64,000 nucleotides of DNA from an uncultured delta proteobacterium (GCA_963804955.1 CAWDSQ010000024.1:128001-192000), one strand, 5' to 3'; numbered from the stretch's first letter, positions 11,559 through 22,925 are shown. Program-made: numbers and translations. Notes: generated by a model not told the origin, from the sequence alone.

Positions 11559-13915
11559 ATGCCGCCAAGAAAAAAATCCGTTCAGAAAAAAAGGCCTCGA
11601 AAGAGATCGCGCCGGGCGCTGCTCATCGCACTGGCCCGTATTGTACTGACCGGCAGCTTTACTGCCGCCTTTCTGCTGGCCCCGTACTGCCTGTACCTGT
11701 CCAAAAAAATCGATAACCGGTTCTCTGGCAGGCGCTGGGATATACCTTCACGCGTATTTTCCGATACCGTCCTCATCATGCCGGGCCAGGGCATACGCAT
11801 AGATTCGTTCAAGGAAAAGCTCAAAGCCCTCGGCTACCGCGAGGCCCCGTCAAAACCTCGCCAGAAGGGTGAAATGAAGGTGTCGGGGCAGGAAATTGAA
11901 ATTTTCCTGCACGACATTAAAATCCCCGGCCTTGACCGGCCCGGCTTCCCGGTGCGCATAACAGCCGGCGGCGGCACGATCCAGGCGATACGTTCCCTGC
12001 CCGGCGGCAAAAATCTTCCGATGATAGAGCTTGAGCCGGAAGAGGTCATGCTCTTTTATGGCGACGAGCATGAGCGCAGAAGGCTCATCACCCTCGACCA
12101 GGCCCCCCGGCATTTTATACAGGCCGTTCTTGCCGCCGAAGACCGGCACTTTTACAGCCATTACGGCCTCGATCCCATAGGCATCGTGCGGGCGCTGTTT
12201 GTAAACCTTCTGCATGGCGGCATACTCCAGGGCGGATCGACCATCACCCAGCAGCTGGCAAAAAATTATTTCCTGACCAGCGAGCGCACGATTATCCGCA
12301 AGCTCAACGAAGTGATCATAGCCCTGATTATTGATGCCAAATACGAAAAAAACCAGATTCTTGAAATGTATCTGAATGAAATTTATCTCGGCCAGAAAGG
12401 TTCGGCATCCATAAACGGCTTCGGTGAGGCAGCCTTTTTTTACTTCGGCAAGCAGGTAAGCGACCTGACGCTCAGCGAAAGCGCCGTGCTGGCAGGGCTT
12501 ATCAAATCGCCCGGCCAGTTCGGGCCCTTTGCCGACAAAAAAGCCTGTGCCGGGCGCCGGGACCAGGTGCTGGCCGCCATGCGCGAAAACGATATGATTA
12601 CGGACATGGAGCTGAAGACTGCTCAGCAGGCTGCCCTGCGCACATCCGCCTATAGCCCCACCAACAAAAAGGCTCCGTATTTCATGGATTACCTCGCGCT
12701 GCAGCTGCGCGACATGTATCCGCCCGAGGTGCTCAACGGCATGGGCCTGTCCATCTATACAACTATCGATATGCAGGTGCAGACGGCTGCCGAGCATGCC
12801 CTTGCCAGGGGCCTTGAGCGGCTTGAAAAGGCGCAGCCGGCGCTGCGCCGCGAGGAGCCCCGGCAAACAGCTTCAGGGGGCCGTGATAGTCATGAACCCG
12901 AAAAACGGCGCCATAAAAGCCATGGCCGGCGGCAGGGACTATGGCGCAAGCCAGTTCAACCGCATTACCCAGGCCCGCCGCCAGCCCGGCAGTGCGTTTA
13001 AGCCCTTTGTGTATTTGAGCGGGCTCGACGTATGCACTCCCGCGACAATTCTGTCAAATGAGCCGCGCACCATGAAAATAGGGCGCACGCAGTGGGAGCC
13101 GAAAAACTACGACGACATACCCGAGACGCAGCTCACCATGCGCGAGTCACTTGCCCGGTCGGTAAATCTGACAACCATCGACCTTGCCATGCGCACGGGC
13201 CTTTCCCGCATTCTTTTCACCGCGCGGCAGTTTGACTTTTCCACACCCCTTTCGACCTCGCCATCGATGGTGCTGGGCGCATCTGAGGTCATCCCCCTCG
13301 AGCTTGCCCGGGCCTACTGCGCATTTGCCTCCGGAGGCGTGCTGCCGGCGCCCTTCTCACTGAAAAAAGTTGTCGATGAAAACGGCGCCGTTCTGGCGCT
13401 GCGGCATATGAGCGCCAAACGGGTCATGCCGCAGGACAAGGCTTATATCATGAATTCATTGCTGCGAAGCGTGGTAACGGAGGGCACTGCACGGGGTCTT
13501 GCCGGTCGAGGAATCACCATCCCGGCTGCCGGCAAGACCGGCACAACCAATGATTCACGCGACGCGTGGTTTGTGGGATATACGCCCGATTTGCTGGCGC
13601 TGGTTTGGGTGGGCTTTGACGATGGCGATTCCATACGAAATACCGGCGCGACGGCAGCCCTGCCCATCTGGGCCGAGCTCGTGAAGGCTGTTCCGCAGTG
13701 CACGGCCGGCGTCATGGTTTGCTCAGCCAGAAGGTGTTATCACAAAAACAGTCTGCAAAGAAAGCGGGCAGCTGGCCCGTGAAGGCTGCTGCCCGCTGCA
13801 ACTGGATGAAGTGTTTCTTGCTGCCCGTATGCCCTCTGAAGTCTGCACCCTGCATCCGGAAGGGCCCGTTTCAAGGGTTATCGAAAAGATCAAAAATTTT
13901 CTAAGCCCGTTCTAA
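11559..13915 (+). CDS. mrcB: Penicillin-binding protein 1B (frameshifts near 12860 and 13712)
   Basis: TM anchor, UB2H region, EDRHFY.H.G, QGGSTITQQLAKN, PGSAFKPF, SVN, KTGT. Confidence 0.9.
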
Positions 13916-13917
13916 CA

Positions 13918-14400
13918 TCAGGTCGTCGGTTCTTCCGTACCTGCGGTGCAGGTCGTGATATCCGTGACCAGTAAAAAAATCTGCTTGAACAGGCACACCG
14001 GGTCAGCCTGGCAGGTTTGCATCCCCGTTAAAAAATCAATGACGGCATCTAAAATGCATATCGCCACGCCGATATCCCCGTCTGCCTGAACGATCTGCAT
14101 TTTGCCGGCGCCGTCGCCCTGTAAAATAATGTCAGCGCCGTCGACCTGCACAAGCAGCATGCGGCCAAAGCCGGGCGCAAGGGTGATCGTCGGAATCTTG
14201 CTGCCCTTGAAAGTAATGCCGAACATAAAACCATCGGTGCGGTCAAGACGTTCAATCTTCAAGGTTATGCCGCTGCTTTTCATCATAGTGTTCAGGCTGA
14301 TTTTTTTTACTGCAGCCTGGGCCGTTGTGCTGAAAGCAAAAAGAAAAACCATGGCTGCTATAACATATCCCGCTCCCCGTTTTGATGCACATGTATTCAT
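13918..14400 (-). CDS. Secreted hypothetical protein (paralog A)
   Basis: Signal peptide ending AQA; homologous to 15013-15490. Confidence 0.75.
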   Translation of the reverse strand: MNTCASKRGAGYVIAAMVFLFAFSTTAQAAVKKISLNTMMKSSGITLKIERLDRTDGFMFGITFKGSKIPTITLAPGFGRMLLVQVDGADIILQGDGAGKMQIVQADGDIGVAICILDAVIDFLTGMQTCQADPVCLFKQIFLLVTDITTCTAGTEEPTT

Positions 14401-14915
14401 ACTGTCTCCCTTCATAATCGTTTCTTTATCGGTTGCCGGTCGCACTGTTGCTCTATTATGAAAGCATTGCTCTGAGAATAACCGTGATAAGCAATAGCCG
14501 TTAAGAAAATGTAGTATGTGCAGTATTTTTTATTACTGCAGCGCTGATAATCACTCAGGCACATGTCTTCCACCCATATCAGCGATTGCTGCGTTTATCA
14601 GAATCTATTCGGAATTTAGTCCTGGTTACTCTTTAAAACAGTTTGACTATGAAGTTGTTTCACAATAATTATATTTTCATTAAAAAACCTCATGCACCTG
14701 CCGGTAGGGATTTGAGGGAGGTGTGTTTAAAAAATGCAACATTTTAGCAGCCTTTACTAGAAATTATCGGCAAATGTGCTGTTTTTCTGAAGACAATAAT
14801 TGTTAGGTGTTAAGGATACTGGTCTTTCAACCCTGGATATGACTTCGGGAATCCTTTTCGTCCGGCAAGTTCTGCCTCCACGATGCAGTGAGGAAACAAT
14901 CACGAAAACCGGCAT

Positions 14916-14951
14916 AAAAAAAGGGCAGCCAGCCTTTCAAGGCTGCTGCCC
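14916..14951 (-). terminator. Terminator after paralog B
   Basis: aaaaaaagggcagccagcc-tttcaa-ggctgctgccc on the + strand. Confidence 0.6.
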
Positions 14952-15012
14952 GAAGTATATCAAATACCGCAATTTTAAGCCGCACCCGGCTCGCTTTCAG
15001 TGCCGGCGCCGG

Positions 15013-15490
15013 CTAGGGGGTAACCCCGGTATTGCAGGAAGCCACGTCCGTAAACAGCGAAAAAATCGAAGTAATATAGCAGATATTATCGCCCTGTACG
15101 CAGGTGATCCAATTTTGAAACAGGCCGAGTACAGCCTGCGCAATGCAGAGCACATAGCTGACATCCGGGTTATCTGCCTGAATAATCTGCATGCTGCCTG
15201 ATCCGTCAGCCTGCAAAATAACTTCATGGCCGTCTGTCTGTACTAAAAACATGCGGTCAAAGCCCGGAGCTATGAACGATGGTTCTCCTGGGCCCCTTAA
15301 AGGAAAGCCCGTAGCTAAAACCATCCGTTCGGTCAAGCTTTACTATCTTCATGCTGATGCCGTTTTTGCTCAGCAGGCTCTTAAGGCTTGCATCCCTGGC
15401 CGAAGCCTGACCGACCGTCGTAAGTGTAAAAAGAAAAATCATGGTCGTGATGAGAAGCCCTGTTTTTTGCGTAGCTGTAACGTGTCTCAT
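15013..15490 (-). CDS. Secreted hypothetical protein (paralog B; frameshift near 15290)
   Basis: Shares LDRTDGF, APGF.RM.LVQ.DG, ILQ.DG.G.MQI.QAD and four C-terminal Cys with paralog A. Confidence 0.75.
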
Positions 15491-15544
15491 ACCCACTCCT
15501 TTCATAATGTTACGTAACTCATCTAGTATTTAATATAAATCCGA

Positions 15545-16966
15545 TTACGGTACAAGCCATTTCTTTTTAACGAAAAACACTATCGCAAAAATCGAAAGCA
15601 GCAGGGAAAAGCTGATAATCATGAGAAACGCATAGGGATTATTCTGTATCGGCAATATCACGTTCATACTAAAGTAGCTTGTTACGGAAATAGGTATCGT
15701 CATGATAATAGTTATCGATGTCAAAACCTTCATGACGATGTTCAGGTTATTGGAAATAATAGAGGCAAAAGCATCCATCATGCCGCTCAAAATATCGCTG
15801 TAGATATTGGCCATTTCGATTGCCTGCCGGCTTTCGGTAACTATATCCTCGCAGAGGTTCTCGTTTTCGTCATCCATGTTCAGCACATGCAGCCGAAGAA
15901 TGCGCTCCATCATCAGCGCATTGGTTTTCAGCGATGTTGTGAAATAGACCAGGCTCTTTTCTATATTAAACAGCTTAATGAGCTGTTTGTTGCGCGACTC
16001 CTGCTCAAGCTTTTTCTGAATGATATTGGCGGCATTATTGAGCTGTTTCAAATGCGTGAGATACTGCATGGTGGCACGCAGAATGATCTGCAGCACCAGC
16101 CGGTCGCGATTTGCCGTTGTGACATGGCGGACCTTGTTGTCGATAAAGTCACGAATCACCGTGTCGGGTTTTTCACATACCGTGATAATATAGCCATTGA
16201 CCAGTATAATGCCTATGGGCAGCGTGAAATACAGCACATCCGTGTTCTTCTCGTCATAATACGGCACCTTGGCGATAATAAGCGTGCTGCCGTTATCCTC
16301 GATTTCAATGCGGGCCGTTTCATCGATATCCAGCGAGGCGGTAAGAAAATCAACAGGAATTTTAAAGTGTTGGGCGATAAGAGGGATATTTTCCTTAGAA
16401 GGATTCACAATATTGATCAGGCAGCCCTTTTCAGTGCGATTCACCCTCTCCATCCGGTTGTTCACGGTCTTGTAAATTTCAATTTCCTCACTGATTTCAG
16501 AGGCGATTTCCTCATCAGTCAGTTCCTCTTCACCGGCCTGCATTTCAGCGATGATCTGGTCGAAATCGAAAATGATGCGCGCGAAATCCGCGAGCTGTTC
16601 GCCTGCGGCATCGTCGCTTCTCTGCTTGAAAATATCCCGCAGTTCTCTCTGCTTGTCCTGAGTCAGGCAGCGGAAAAAATTTTCACGGTCTTCGTCATCC
16701 ATACGGGAAACAAGATCCCTGACTTCAGCGGGGCTGATTTTTTCTATGAGCCTGATTTTTACATCATCATCGAAATTGGCAAAGATCAGCGCGCGCATTT
16801 CAGGCGAAAGATTTTCCAGAATCTCCCACTCTTCATCCGAGGTGAGCGATCCGAGAAATTCGGCAGCAATGGCAGGGGGTGTTGTATCGCAAAAATCCTG
16901 AAGTTCTTCAATGTTGTGGGTCGCGAGCATTTCCCGCAGTTCCGGAACCAGTAGTGGATTTTTCAT
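15545..16966 (-). CDS. corA: CorA-family Mg2+ transporter with an N-terminal MgtE_N-like domain
   Basis: MKNPLLVPELREML MgtE-like N-terminus; LDIDE.ARIE, IISNNLNIVMK and two C-terminal TMs with an SMN motif. Confidence 0.85.
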   Translation of the reverse strand: MKNPLLVPELREMLATHNIEELQDFCDTTPPAIAAEFLGSLTSDEEWEILENLSPEMRALIFANFDDDVKIRLIEKISPAEVRDLVSRMDDEDRENFFRCLTQDKQRELRDIFKQRSDDAAGEQLADFARIIFDFDQIIAEMQAGEEELTDEEIASEISEEIEIYKTVNNRMERVNRTEKGCLINIVNPSKENIPLIAQHFKIPVDFLTASLDIDETARIEIEDNGSTLIIAKVPYYDEKNTDVLYFTLPIGIILVNGYIITVCEKPDTVIRDFIDNKVRHVTTANRDRLVLQIILRATMQYLTHLKQLNNAANIIQKKLEQESRNKQLIKLFNIEKSLVYFTTSLKTNALMMERILRLHVLNMDDENENLCEDIVTESRQAIEMANIYSDILSGMMDAFASIISNNLNIVMKVLTSITIIMTIPISVTSYFSMNVILPIQNNPYAFLMIISFSLLLSIFAIVFFVKKKWLVP

Positions 16967-17044
16967 AGTGGGTGCCTCCTTTAAACAGTAGAGAAGGCAG
17001 CGCCTGGTTCCCATGCTCGCAGCAGGTGGGTGAAACCGCCTTCT

Positions 17045-17080
17045 TTAACAGTAGCTACAACCTAATGGGTCTAGGTCCAT
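17045..17080 (-). promoter_or_regulatory. Putative MgtL-like leader peptide MDLDPLGCSYC* with an alternative-pairing attenuator
   Basis: GGAG RBS upstream of the ATG. AGAAGGC immediately follows its stop, and GCCTTCT can pair with this or with the corA SD GGAGGC. Confidence 0.55.
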
Positions 17081-17246
17081 GGATTACTCCATAAGGGTTT
17101 CTCTTATGCGAAAGGCCGTATTGCCTGTACGCGCATTTTTAATAGCCCGAATAAAACAAAAAGTAAATGTTTTTTTGCCGTCAGATCGAAAAAACACTGG
17201 ATTTTTAAAGAGGTTGCTATCTTTGGGTAAGTGTTTATGCCACCGC

Positions 17247-17549
17247 TCAACAAGGGCCGCGGGTAATGCGAGACAGGTCGATATTGACGTCAAAAATTTT
17301 TGCGCTAATCCCTGTTATGCCTGAATCCTTCAACCGTGCCGCATGCTTCTCAAAATAGGCTTGTGCGCTTTTTTCATCCTCAAACAGATAAATTCCACCG
17401 GCCTCCCGGGCCGCTTCATTTTCAGTCCATATCTTCCAGACGAGACCGGGCTCCTGGCTGATTGAATGCGCCAGTCCCGACATTGTTTCAGCCAACTGCC
17501 TGCCGAATGGCCCTTGAAACACAAAGGTGATCTGTAGCAGCTTTGCCAT
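17247..17549 (-). CDS. YdhR-family putative monooxygenase
   Basis: [35 protein letters not shown]. Confidence 0.9.
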   Translation of the reverse strand: MAKLLQITFVFQGPFGRQLAETMSGLAHSISQEPGLVWKIWTENEAAREAGGIYLFEDEKSAQAYFEKHAARLKDSGITGISAKIFDVNIDLSRITRGPC

Positions 17550-17708
17550 TATCCTTCATCTACTGTTTTGAGCAGGCCGCCCTGCCCGCCCTGTGAAAAA
17601 AATTGGTTCTGAGCCTTATCCGCAATAAAGCAGAACCACGATACTGTGTTGAGCCAGGACTGCTGTCGCCGATCAGCCCGTCACCGATGAACCTGCGAAC
17701 TCAAACAG

Positions 17709-18057
17709 TTATTGATCTGCCAGCCAGTCCATGGCCTGGCGCAGCACAATCTGCCGGCCTGTGAGGGCAATAAGCGTTTGAACCACGATTTTTTTCAGTC
17801 CCTCAACGCCGACCACAAGGCTTGCTTTCATATGAGGGGTTACCGTAGCTGAAAATTTTTTCATATGCTCGGCCCCCTCCCGGTCATAAGGCATCAGTCA
17901 CATTGGTCAAAAGGCGAACCGATTTCAGCGGCTCTTTCAGCATCAGGCTCTGCGCCCGGTCAAAAATATTCATGCATGCCTTCACATCCCCAAGTCCGGT
18001 CATATCCTGCGCCAGTATCATTTTGCCCTTATGCTCATTAAAATATACTCTTTCCAT
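17709..18057 (-). CDS. Small hypothetical protein, STAS/SEC14 (SpoIIAA-like) type; frameshift near 17893
   Basis: MERVYFNEHKGKMIL...LLTNVTD | ...SLVVGVEGLKK...AMDWL*. Confidence 0.6.
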
Positions 18058-18348
18058 GGCGCCACCATAAAGAGTTAATCCTGTCTTTTAACGGAACAAA
18101 AACTTCAGCGGTAATAAGGCCTTTGCTACTGCAACCGCTTTCCATACTGGATATAGAATGCCGAGGCGCCTTGTCAAGAACAAACAGTGTCACGGGGAGG
18201 CCGTGCAACAGACTTTCATACCGCCTGGCAATGTAATCGGTTGCTGGTGTCAACTCATGCATATGCCAGCAGGCCATCAGCAGTCAAACGCAGTGGGCCC
18301 GTCTGTCCCCTTTCTTTCCTCCGCACATACGAAATCCGTATTGGGAAA

Positions 18349-19350
18349 TCAGTCTGAGCCTGGATAGCCAGCAGGCGCATGCGGGCTGTCTGTAAGAAAA
18401 TGATAGAGAATCCGTACAAACTCATCCGGCTTTTCCACCTGGGGCATATGGCCGCACTGCGGAATGACGAACAGTGCTGATCGTTGTATATCCTGATTAA
18501 ACCGGCAGCCATATTTCAGCGGAATCCAGCTGTCATTTCTTCCCCATATAATTACGGTTTCCTGTTTAATGTCCTGTATGCGGCCCGAATATGTCAGGCT
18601 CAGTTCCTGATCAGTCGACAGTGCCTGCGCAATGGTGGATTCAATGCCGCCTTTGGTTCGCAGCCTGTCGAAATACGCATCGATTCTGGCATCGGTTATT
18701 TTTTCAGGATCGTAGAAAGCCTTCTGAAGGCCCCATTTTACCATCCAGCGGTTAAAGGCAAGGTTCACCCAGAAACCTGGAAATGGCAGGTATGCAAATG
18801 AGGCCGAAATAAAATTTTTTTTATCAGGCGGATAACCGCCCGCGTCAACCAGAACCAGCCTCCTGACTTTTTCAGGATAATCAAGAGCCAGGATCAAAGC
18901 TATTGCCCCGCCAAGTGAATTGCCTACTACGGTAGCATTATCAAGCCCGGCTTTTTCCATCCAGTCCGAAACTTCATCCGTTAAAGTAAAAAGGTCGTAC
19001 TGTGCATTACGGGGCTTGTCGGACCAGCCGCTCCCTTTTATATCAACAGCCCACACATGCGGAGCAGGTTTTTTTTCGTCTCTGAATTTTTTCTGCAGCT
19101 TCGGGACCATATCTTCCCAGGTTAATGTGGATGATGCGAATCCGTGGATGAGAACAATATTCCGGCCATCCCCGGGATACTCAAGATAATGGAGATAGAC
19201 GTCCTGTACACCGGAATCAATTTTTATAAATTTGTCGTGCACAGTGGGATTCAGAACAATTCCGGGGGCCAGTCGCTTTAAGCAGGCACTGAGTGCTAAA
19301 ACGGCACAAACACACAAAATCAGCTGCAGCCTCCTCTGCATGCTGCGCAT
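18349..19350 (-). CDS. Alpha/beta hydrolase, probable lipoprotein
   Basis: Lipobox LSAC; LIHGF, GNSLGG, WGRND and CGHMP catalytic motifs. Confidence 0.88.
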   Translation of the reverse strand: MRSMQRRLQLILCVCAVLALSACLKRLAPGIVLNPTVHDKFIKIDSGVQDVYLHYLEYPGDGRNIVLIHGFASSTLTWEDMVPKLQKKFRDEKKPAPHVWAVDIKGSGWSDKPRNAQYDLFTLTDEVSDWMEKAGLDNATVVGNSLGGAIALILALDYPEKVRRLVLVDAGGYPPDKKNFISASFAYLPFPGFWVNLAFNRWMVKWGLQKAFYDPEKITDARIDAYFDRLRTKGGIESTIAQALSTDQELSLTYSGRIQDIKQETVIIWGRNDSWIPLKYGCRFNQDIQRSALFVIPQCGHMPQVEKPDEFVRILYHFLTDSPHAPAGYPGSD

Positions 19351-19695
19351 GGTGTTCTCCCGTTGTTTTGCGTTGAAAAGATACAGCGGCCTTAAGAGAT
19401 ACAGACAAAGCATTCTTTTCATGGTAAAAGGCCTCACTGAAATTTATGAATAGTGCTTCGGACCGCAGGATCACGGTACCGGCAACACATACTTCACATG
19501 TGTATGCCGTCAGGTTTTCTCTAGTATAGCACAAGCATTGGGCTTACATGGCGCTGTTGCCCCCGATTTTAACTATCCCCTGTATTAAGCCATTGACCCT
19601 CAAGCACCCAATGCCTAAATTTATAAATATATCATCTTGCAGCCGTGTTTCTTCTATCCGCATCAGCACATAACAAACACATAAAAGAGAAAATC

Positions 19696-20175
19696 ATGAA
19701 AAAACATTCATCAGCCTTTGTTCTTGTTGTCGCTCTTGCTGCAATGATTGCGGCATGCAAGCCCGCAGGCGATCCGCTGGTGACCATTACCGGGTCAATC
19801 AATGTATGCAGTGCAAAAGATGGCTATGTCCTTGATCAGGCTGCATTTGACAGGTGGTCGGTCGAGCAAACCTATAATGATCCGTGGGACGGCGTGGCGC
19901 TCTATAAAGGCCTCCTGCTTTCAAAGATTCTTCAGCTGGTCAAAGCTTCTGACGAAGCAACAACCATCACCCTGACCGCAAAGGATTCACTGAGGGTTAC
20001 GATTCAAATTACCGATATACTGCAGCACGATATCTTGTTTGCCCGCTGGAAAAACGGCCAGCTCCTGACCGAAGAAACGCACGGCCCGGTGAAGGTTGAA
20101 TTTCCAGATGGCCTGGAAGACTCCTATACGCAGGATGACTGGGCATGGTGGGTCATTAAGGCTGAAATAAAATAA
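19696..20175 (+). CDS. Lipoprotein with a molybdopterin-oxidoreductase-like fold
   Basis: Lipobox IAAC; VTITG.I, YKG.LL..IL, HGPVKV.FP and W.WWVIKAEIK. Confidence 0.6.
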   Translation: MKKHSSAFVLVVALAAMIAACKPAGDPLVTITGSINVCSAKDGYVLDQAAFDRWSVEQTYNDPWDGVALYKGLLLSKILQLVKASDEATTITLTAKDSLRVTIQITDILQHDILFARWKNGQLLTEETHGPVKVEFPDGLEDSYTQDDWAWWVIKAEIK

Positions 20176-20231
20176 GGCCGGGAGTAAAAACGGGGTCAAA
20201 TTGAACTCTTGTTTCAATTTTCCATTAATAA

Positions 20232-20492
20232 TTATCCATGTTTTATTTTTAAAACCAGGACGCTTACCGTCAGCAGCAAGGAAGTTCCGTTTGCAATGAT
20301 TATTGGAAATTCCTTGAGCATACACCCGTATATAACCCACAAGAATACTCCGATTGTTAAAAACACATACATCAGTAAAGAAATGTCTTTGGTATTCCGT
20401 GTTCGTATAGTCTTGATAACCTGCGGCAATAAAGAGCCTGTTGTAAAAATGCCGGCAAGTAAACCGATAGTATTTGTTATGCCTGTATCCAC
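20232..20492 (-). CDS. SemiSWEET (PQ-loop) transporter
   Basis: LLPQVIK, TKDISL, LWVIYG, PIIIAN; three TMs. Confidence 0.92.
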   Translation of the reverse strand: MDTGITNTIGLLAGIFTTGSLLPQVIKTIRTRNTKDISLLMYVFLTIGVFLWVIYGCMLKEFPIIIANGTSLLLTVSVLVLKIKHG

Positions 20493-20707
20493 AATACGCT
20501 GTTCCTTTTTTTATTACTGCTCTGCATTTTTTCAGGTTAAAATGAAAACCAACTGCCCCTTCTTCTTAGTAAAATGGTGCAGGTGTTCGTCAAGGCAAAT
20601 GAAAGCGACGGATATTGTCTGGGACAGCGGAGATTATCCGACCGGTGAAGGTGCGACACCTTGTTTCACCCTGTCTGCCATCCCGGCATAACCCCGCTGG
20701 CCCGCAA

Positions 20708-21502
20708 TTACCGGGGGGGCACAGTGCCGCCACCTGTTCTGGTCTTCGGAGCGGGGCGCTGATCGCCATGTGCACGAGCATGCCTGTTTTTAGCCGGTTT
20801 TTTTGATTCTCTTTGGCTGTTATCAGTTTTCACACTGCCATCCGTTCCCCTGTCTGGAAACAGCTTGTCAGCCTTGAGCAGGCCACTCTGATCTGCAAGG
20901 TGGAGCCTTGTCTCTTCCTCTTTATTTTTTGCATTCACCTCAACACCCTGAGCTTCAGCGCCGGAGCGCATGGCAGCATCAAGAACAGGTTTCAGTAATG
21001 CAGCATAGCCGGTGTTGTGGAACTCCTCCATATATATTCGTATTGCATCTTCATTGGTTTCCCATTTAATAATCTGGTATCGCCGTTCCGCAGTGCGAAG
21101 CTCTGACAGCCTTTTTGCTGCTTCCTGTGCAAAAAGGCTTCCGGGATATTTGTTCTGAAAGCTCCTGTATTCTTCGGAAATGTCTTTTTGCCGCGCAGCA
21201 TCAAAATCGTTTATTTCCTGAATACGGGCTTCAGCCCTGCTTCGGTACAAGCCATCGGGGAAATCCTTCAGGTACATTTCATATGGCGGTATTGTCTGGC
21301 TTGACAGTATTTTGCCCCAGGCGTCAATATCCGCTATTCTCTGCCGTGCTTTTTCTGCAAGACCGGATTCGGGGTAATCGGTTATAAATTTCTGATAGGT
21401 CGGCATTGACGGCGCTTTTTCGGCTGTTTGAAATACGGATTCCGGACTTGAACAGCCTGCACTGCAGAGCAACAGAATAGGCAGCCAATAAACCTTAGTC
21501 AT
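20708..21502 (-). CDS. Lipoprotein with helical Y..F...YP.G repeats and a degraded ankyrin-like C-terminus
   Basis: Lipobox SAGC; repeats ending YPES, FPDG and YPGS; GVEVNAKNKEEETRLHLA. Confidence 0.6.
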   Translation of the reverse strand: MTKVYWLPILLLCSAGCSSPESVFQTAEKAPSMPTYQKFITDYPESGLAEKARQRIADIDAWGKILSSQTIPPYEMYLKDFPDGLYRSRAEARIQEINDFDAARQKDISEEYRSFQNKYPGSLFAQEAAKRLSELRTAERRYQIIKWETNEDAIRIYMEEFHNTGYAALLKPVLDAAMRSGAEAQGVEVNAKNKEEETRLHLADQSGLLKADKLFPDRGTDGSVKTDNSQRESKKPAKNRHARAHGDQRPAPKTRTGGGTVPPR

Positions 21503-21719
21503 ACACATTTCCCTGTACAAACGAATTATCGTGAAAGAAAGGCAAAAAATGATGCGCATCGAGACGTGAATCACTGTTAAGCTTTTGCATTTATCATCTA
21601 TTGTGGTGTACTATAACAAAGACCGGTTTTCCCGGCAGCAGCCTTGTTCGGGTTTCGTTGCACATTTTTAATAGTACCAGTATCCGCTGAAATAGTCATG
21701 AAATATCCGCATAGTTCAT

Positions 21720-22220
21720 ATGGCAACATTTAAAAAATTACAAGAGCAGACAGTTTCATTATTTCCCATGATTAACATCCTGATCTGCACATTAGGGGTC
21801 ATGATTTTTATTTTGACGACCATTACAACAATTTCCCTCGGCATCGATAAGACGGTAATAATTGTTCCGGAAGTACATGATTTGAATAAAACCCATGCTA
21901 AACTGCCGACCTATTTTGAATGGAACGGCTATGAACTGACAGCATACCCGTCAAAACAGACACTGGGATTCGGCATCGATATCCATAAATTAAAAACATT
22001 TAAAAAAACCTATGACTACATTGATACGAAAATAAAGGCCCATCCTATTGGCTATATACTGAATGAAATACAATCAAACAGTACTGCGAGATACATGGTT
22101 TTTTTAATCCGTCCTTCCGGATTTCATAATTTCAAGGATATTAAGGGCTATTTTGAAGGCAAAGGCATCGATATCGGTTATGAACCCATTGATCAGCAGC
22201 TGAATATCAGAAGGAAATGA
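21720..22220 (+). CDS. ExbD/TolR-like single-TM protein (Asn at the usual Asp position)
   Basis: SLFPMINILICTLG TM; C-terminal FLIRPSG...IGYEP. Confidence 0.6.
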   Translation: MATFKKLQEQTVSLFPMINILICTLGVMIFILTTITTISLGIDKTVIIVPEVHDLNKTHAKLPTYFEWNGYELTAYPSKQTLGFGIDIHKLKTFKKTYDYIDTKIKAHPIGYILNEIQSNSTARYMVFLIRPSGFHNFKDIKGYFEGKGIDIGYEPIDQQLNIRRK

Positions 22221-22223
22221 GCA

Positions 22224-22925
22224 GTGGCCTCCAAAAAAAGCAAATCACTGATTGCCGGGATCAATATTGACTCGCTGATGGATATTATGACGTGCCTGTT
22301 CGGCATAATCCTTTTTGCCATTGTTATTGCCGTTATTAATGCGCGCGGCGTGAATGTTAAAATGTACATGCCCATGGCTGCCAGCCCTCCGGAAAAAAGC
22401 ATCCGAAAAATCTGCATCTGCGCCAATGGAACGGTTCGGGTTTTAGATGTATCTGCCGCCCTGCTTAAACTTGGCGTCAATCAGGCAGAAACAACGTATG
22501 AAAGTCTTCCCTGGTATGTTGCGTACGCCAACAGTAAAAATATTTCTGATGATTATTTTCGCTATAAACTGGATTATGTTGAATCCGCAGACAGTGCGGG
22601 GCGCGTTCGAGGCTTGTCTTTTATCGTTGAAGAGCGACCGGGCTTGAAGGGTGATACCGTTAACGATCTAGAGCAGCCACACTCAAAATTTGACAGTGCA
22701 CTAAAGACCTTTGACAATAAAAAACACTGGGTCGCTTTCGCTGTGGATAAAGCGAGCGTCGCGGTATTCAAAAAAGCACGGGAGCTTTGTATGCAAAAGG
22801 GTTTTATGACAGGCTGGGACCCGGCAATCATACAATTTCCCTATAGAGAACCGCTGTTTGATGCTGATACTGCATCCGGCGATGTTTTACCAAGTCCTGA
22901 TTTAAGTAAAATCAATACAAATTAA
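22224..22925 (+). CDS. ExbD/TolR-like single-TM protein
   Basis: INIDSLMDIMTC TM with Asp; C-terminal F.KAR....G..TGWDP. Confidence 0.65.
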   Translation: MASKKSKSLIAGINIDSLMDIMTCLFGIILFAIVIAVINARGVNVKMYMPMAASPPEKSIRKICICANGTVRVLDVSAALLKLGVNQAETTYESLPWYVAYANSKNISDDYFRYKLDYVESADSAGRVRGLSFIVEERPGLKGDTVNDLEQPHSKFDSALKTFDNKKHWVAFAVDKASVAVFKKARELCMQKGFMTGWDPAIIQFPYREPLFDADTASGDVLPSPDLSKINTN

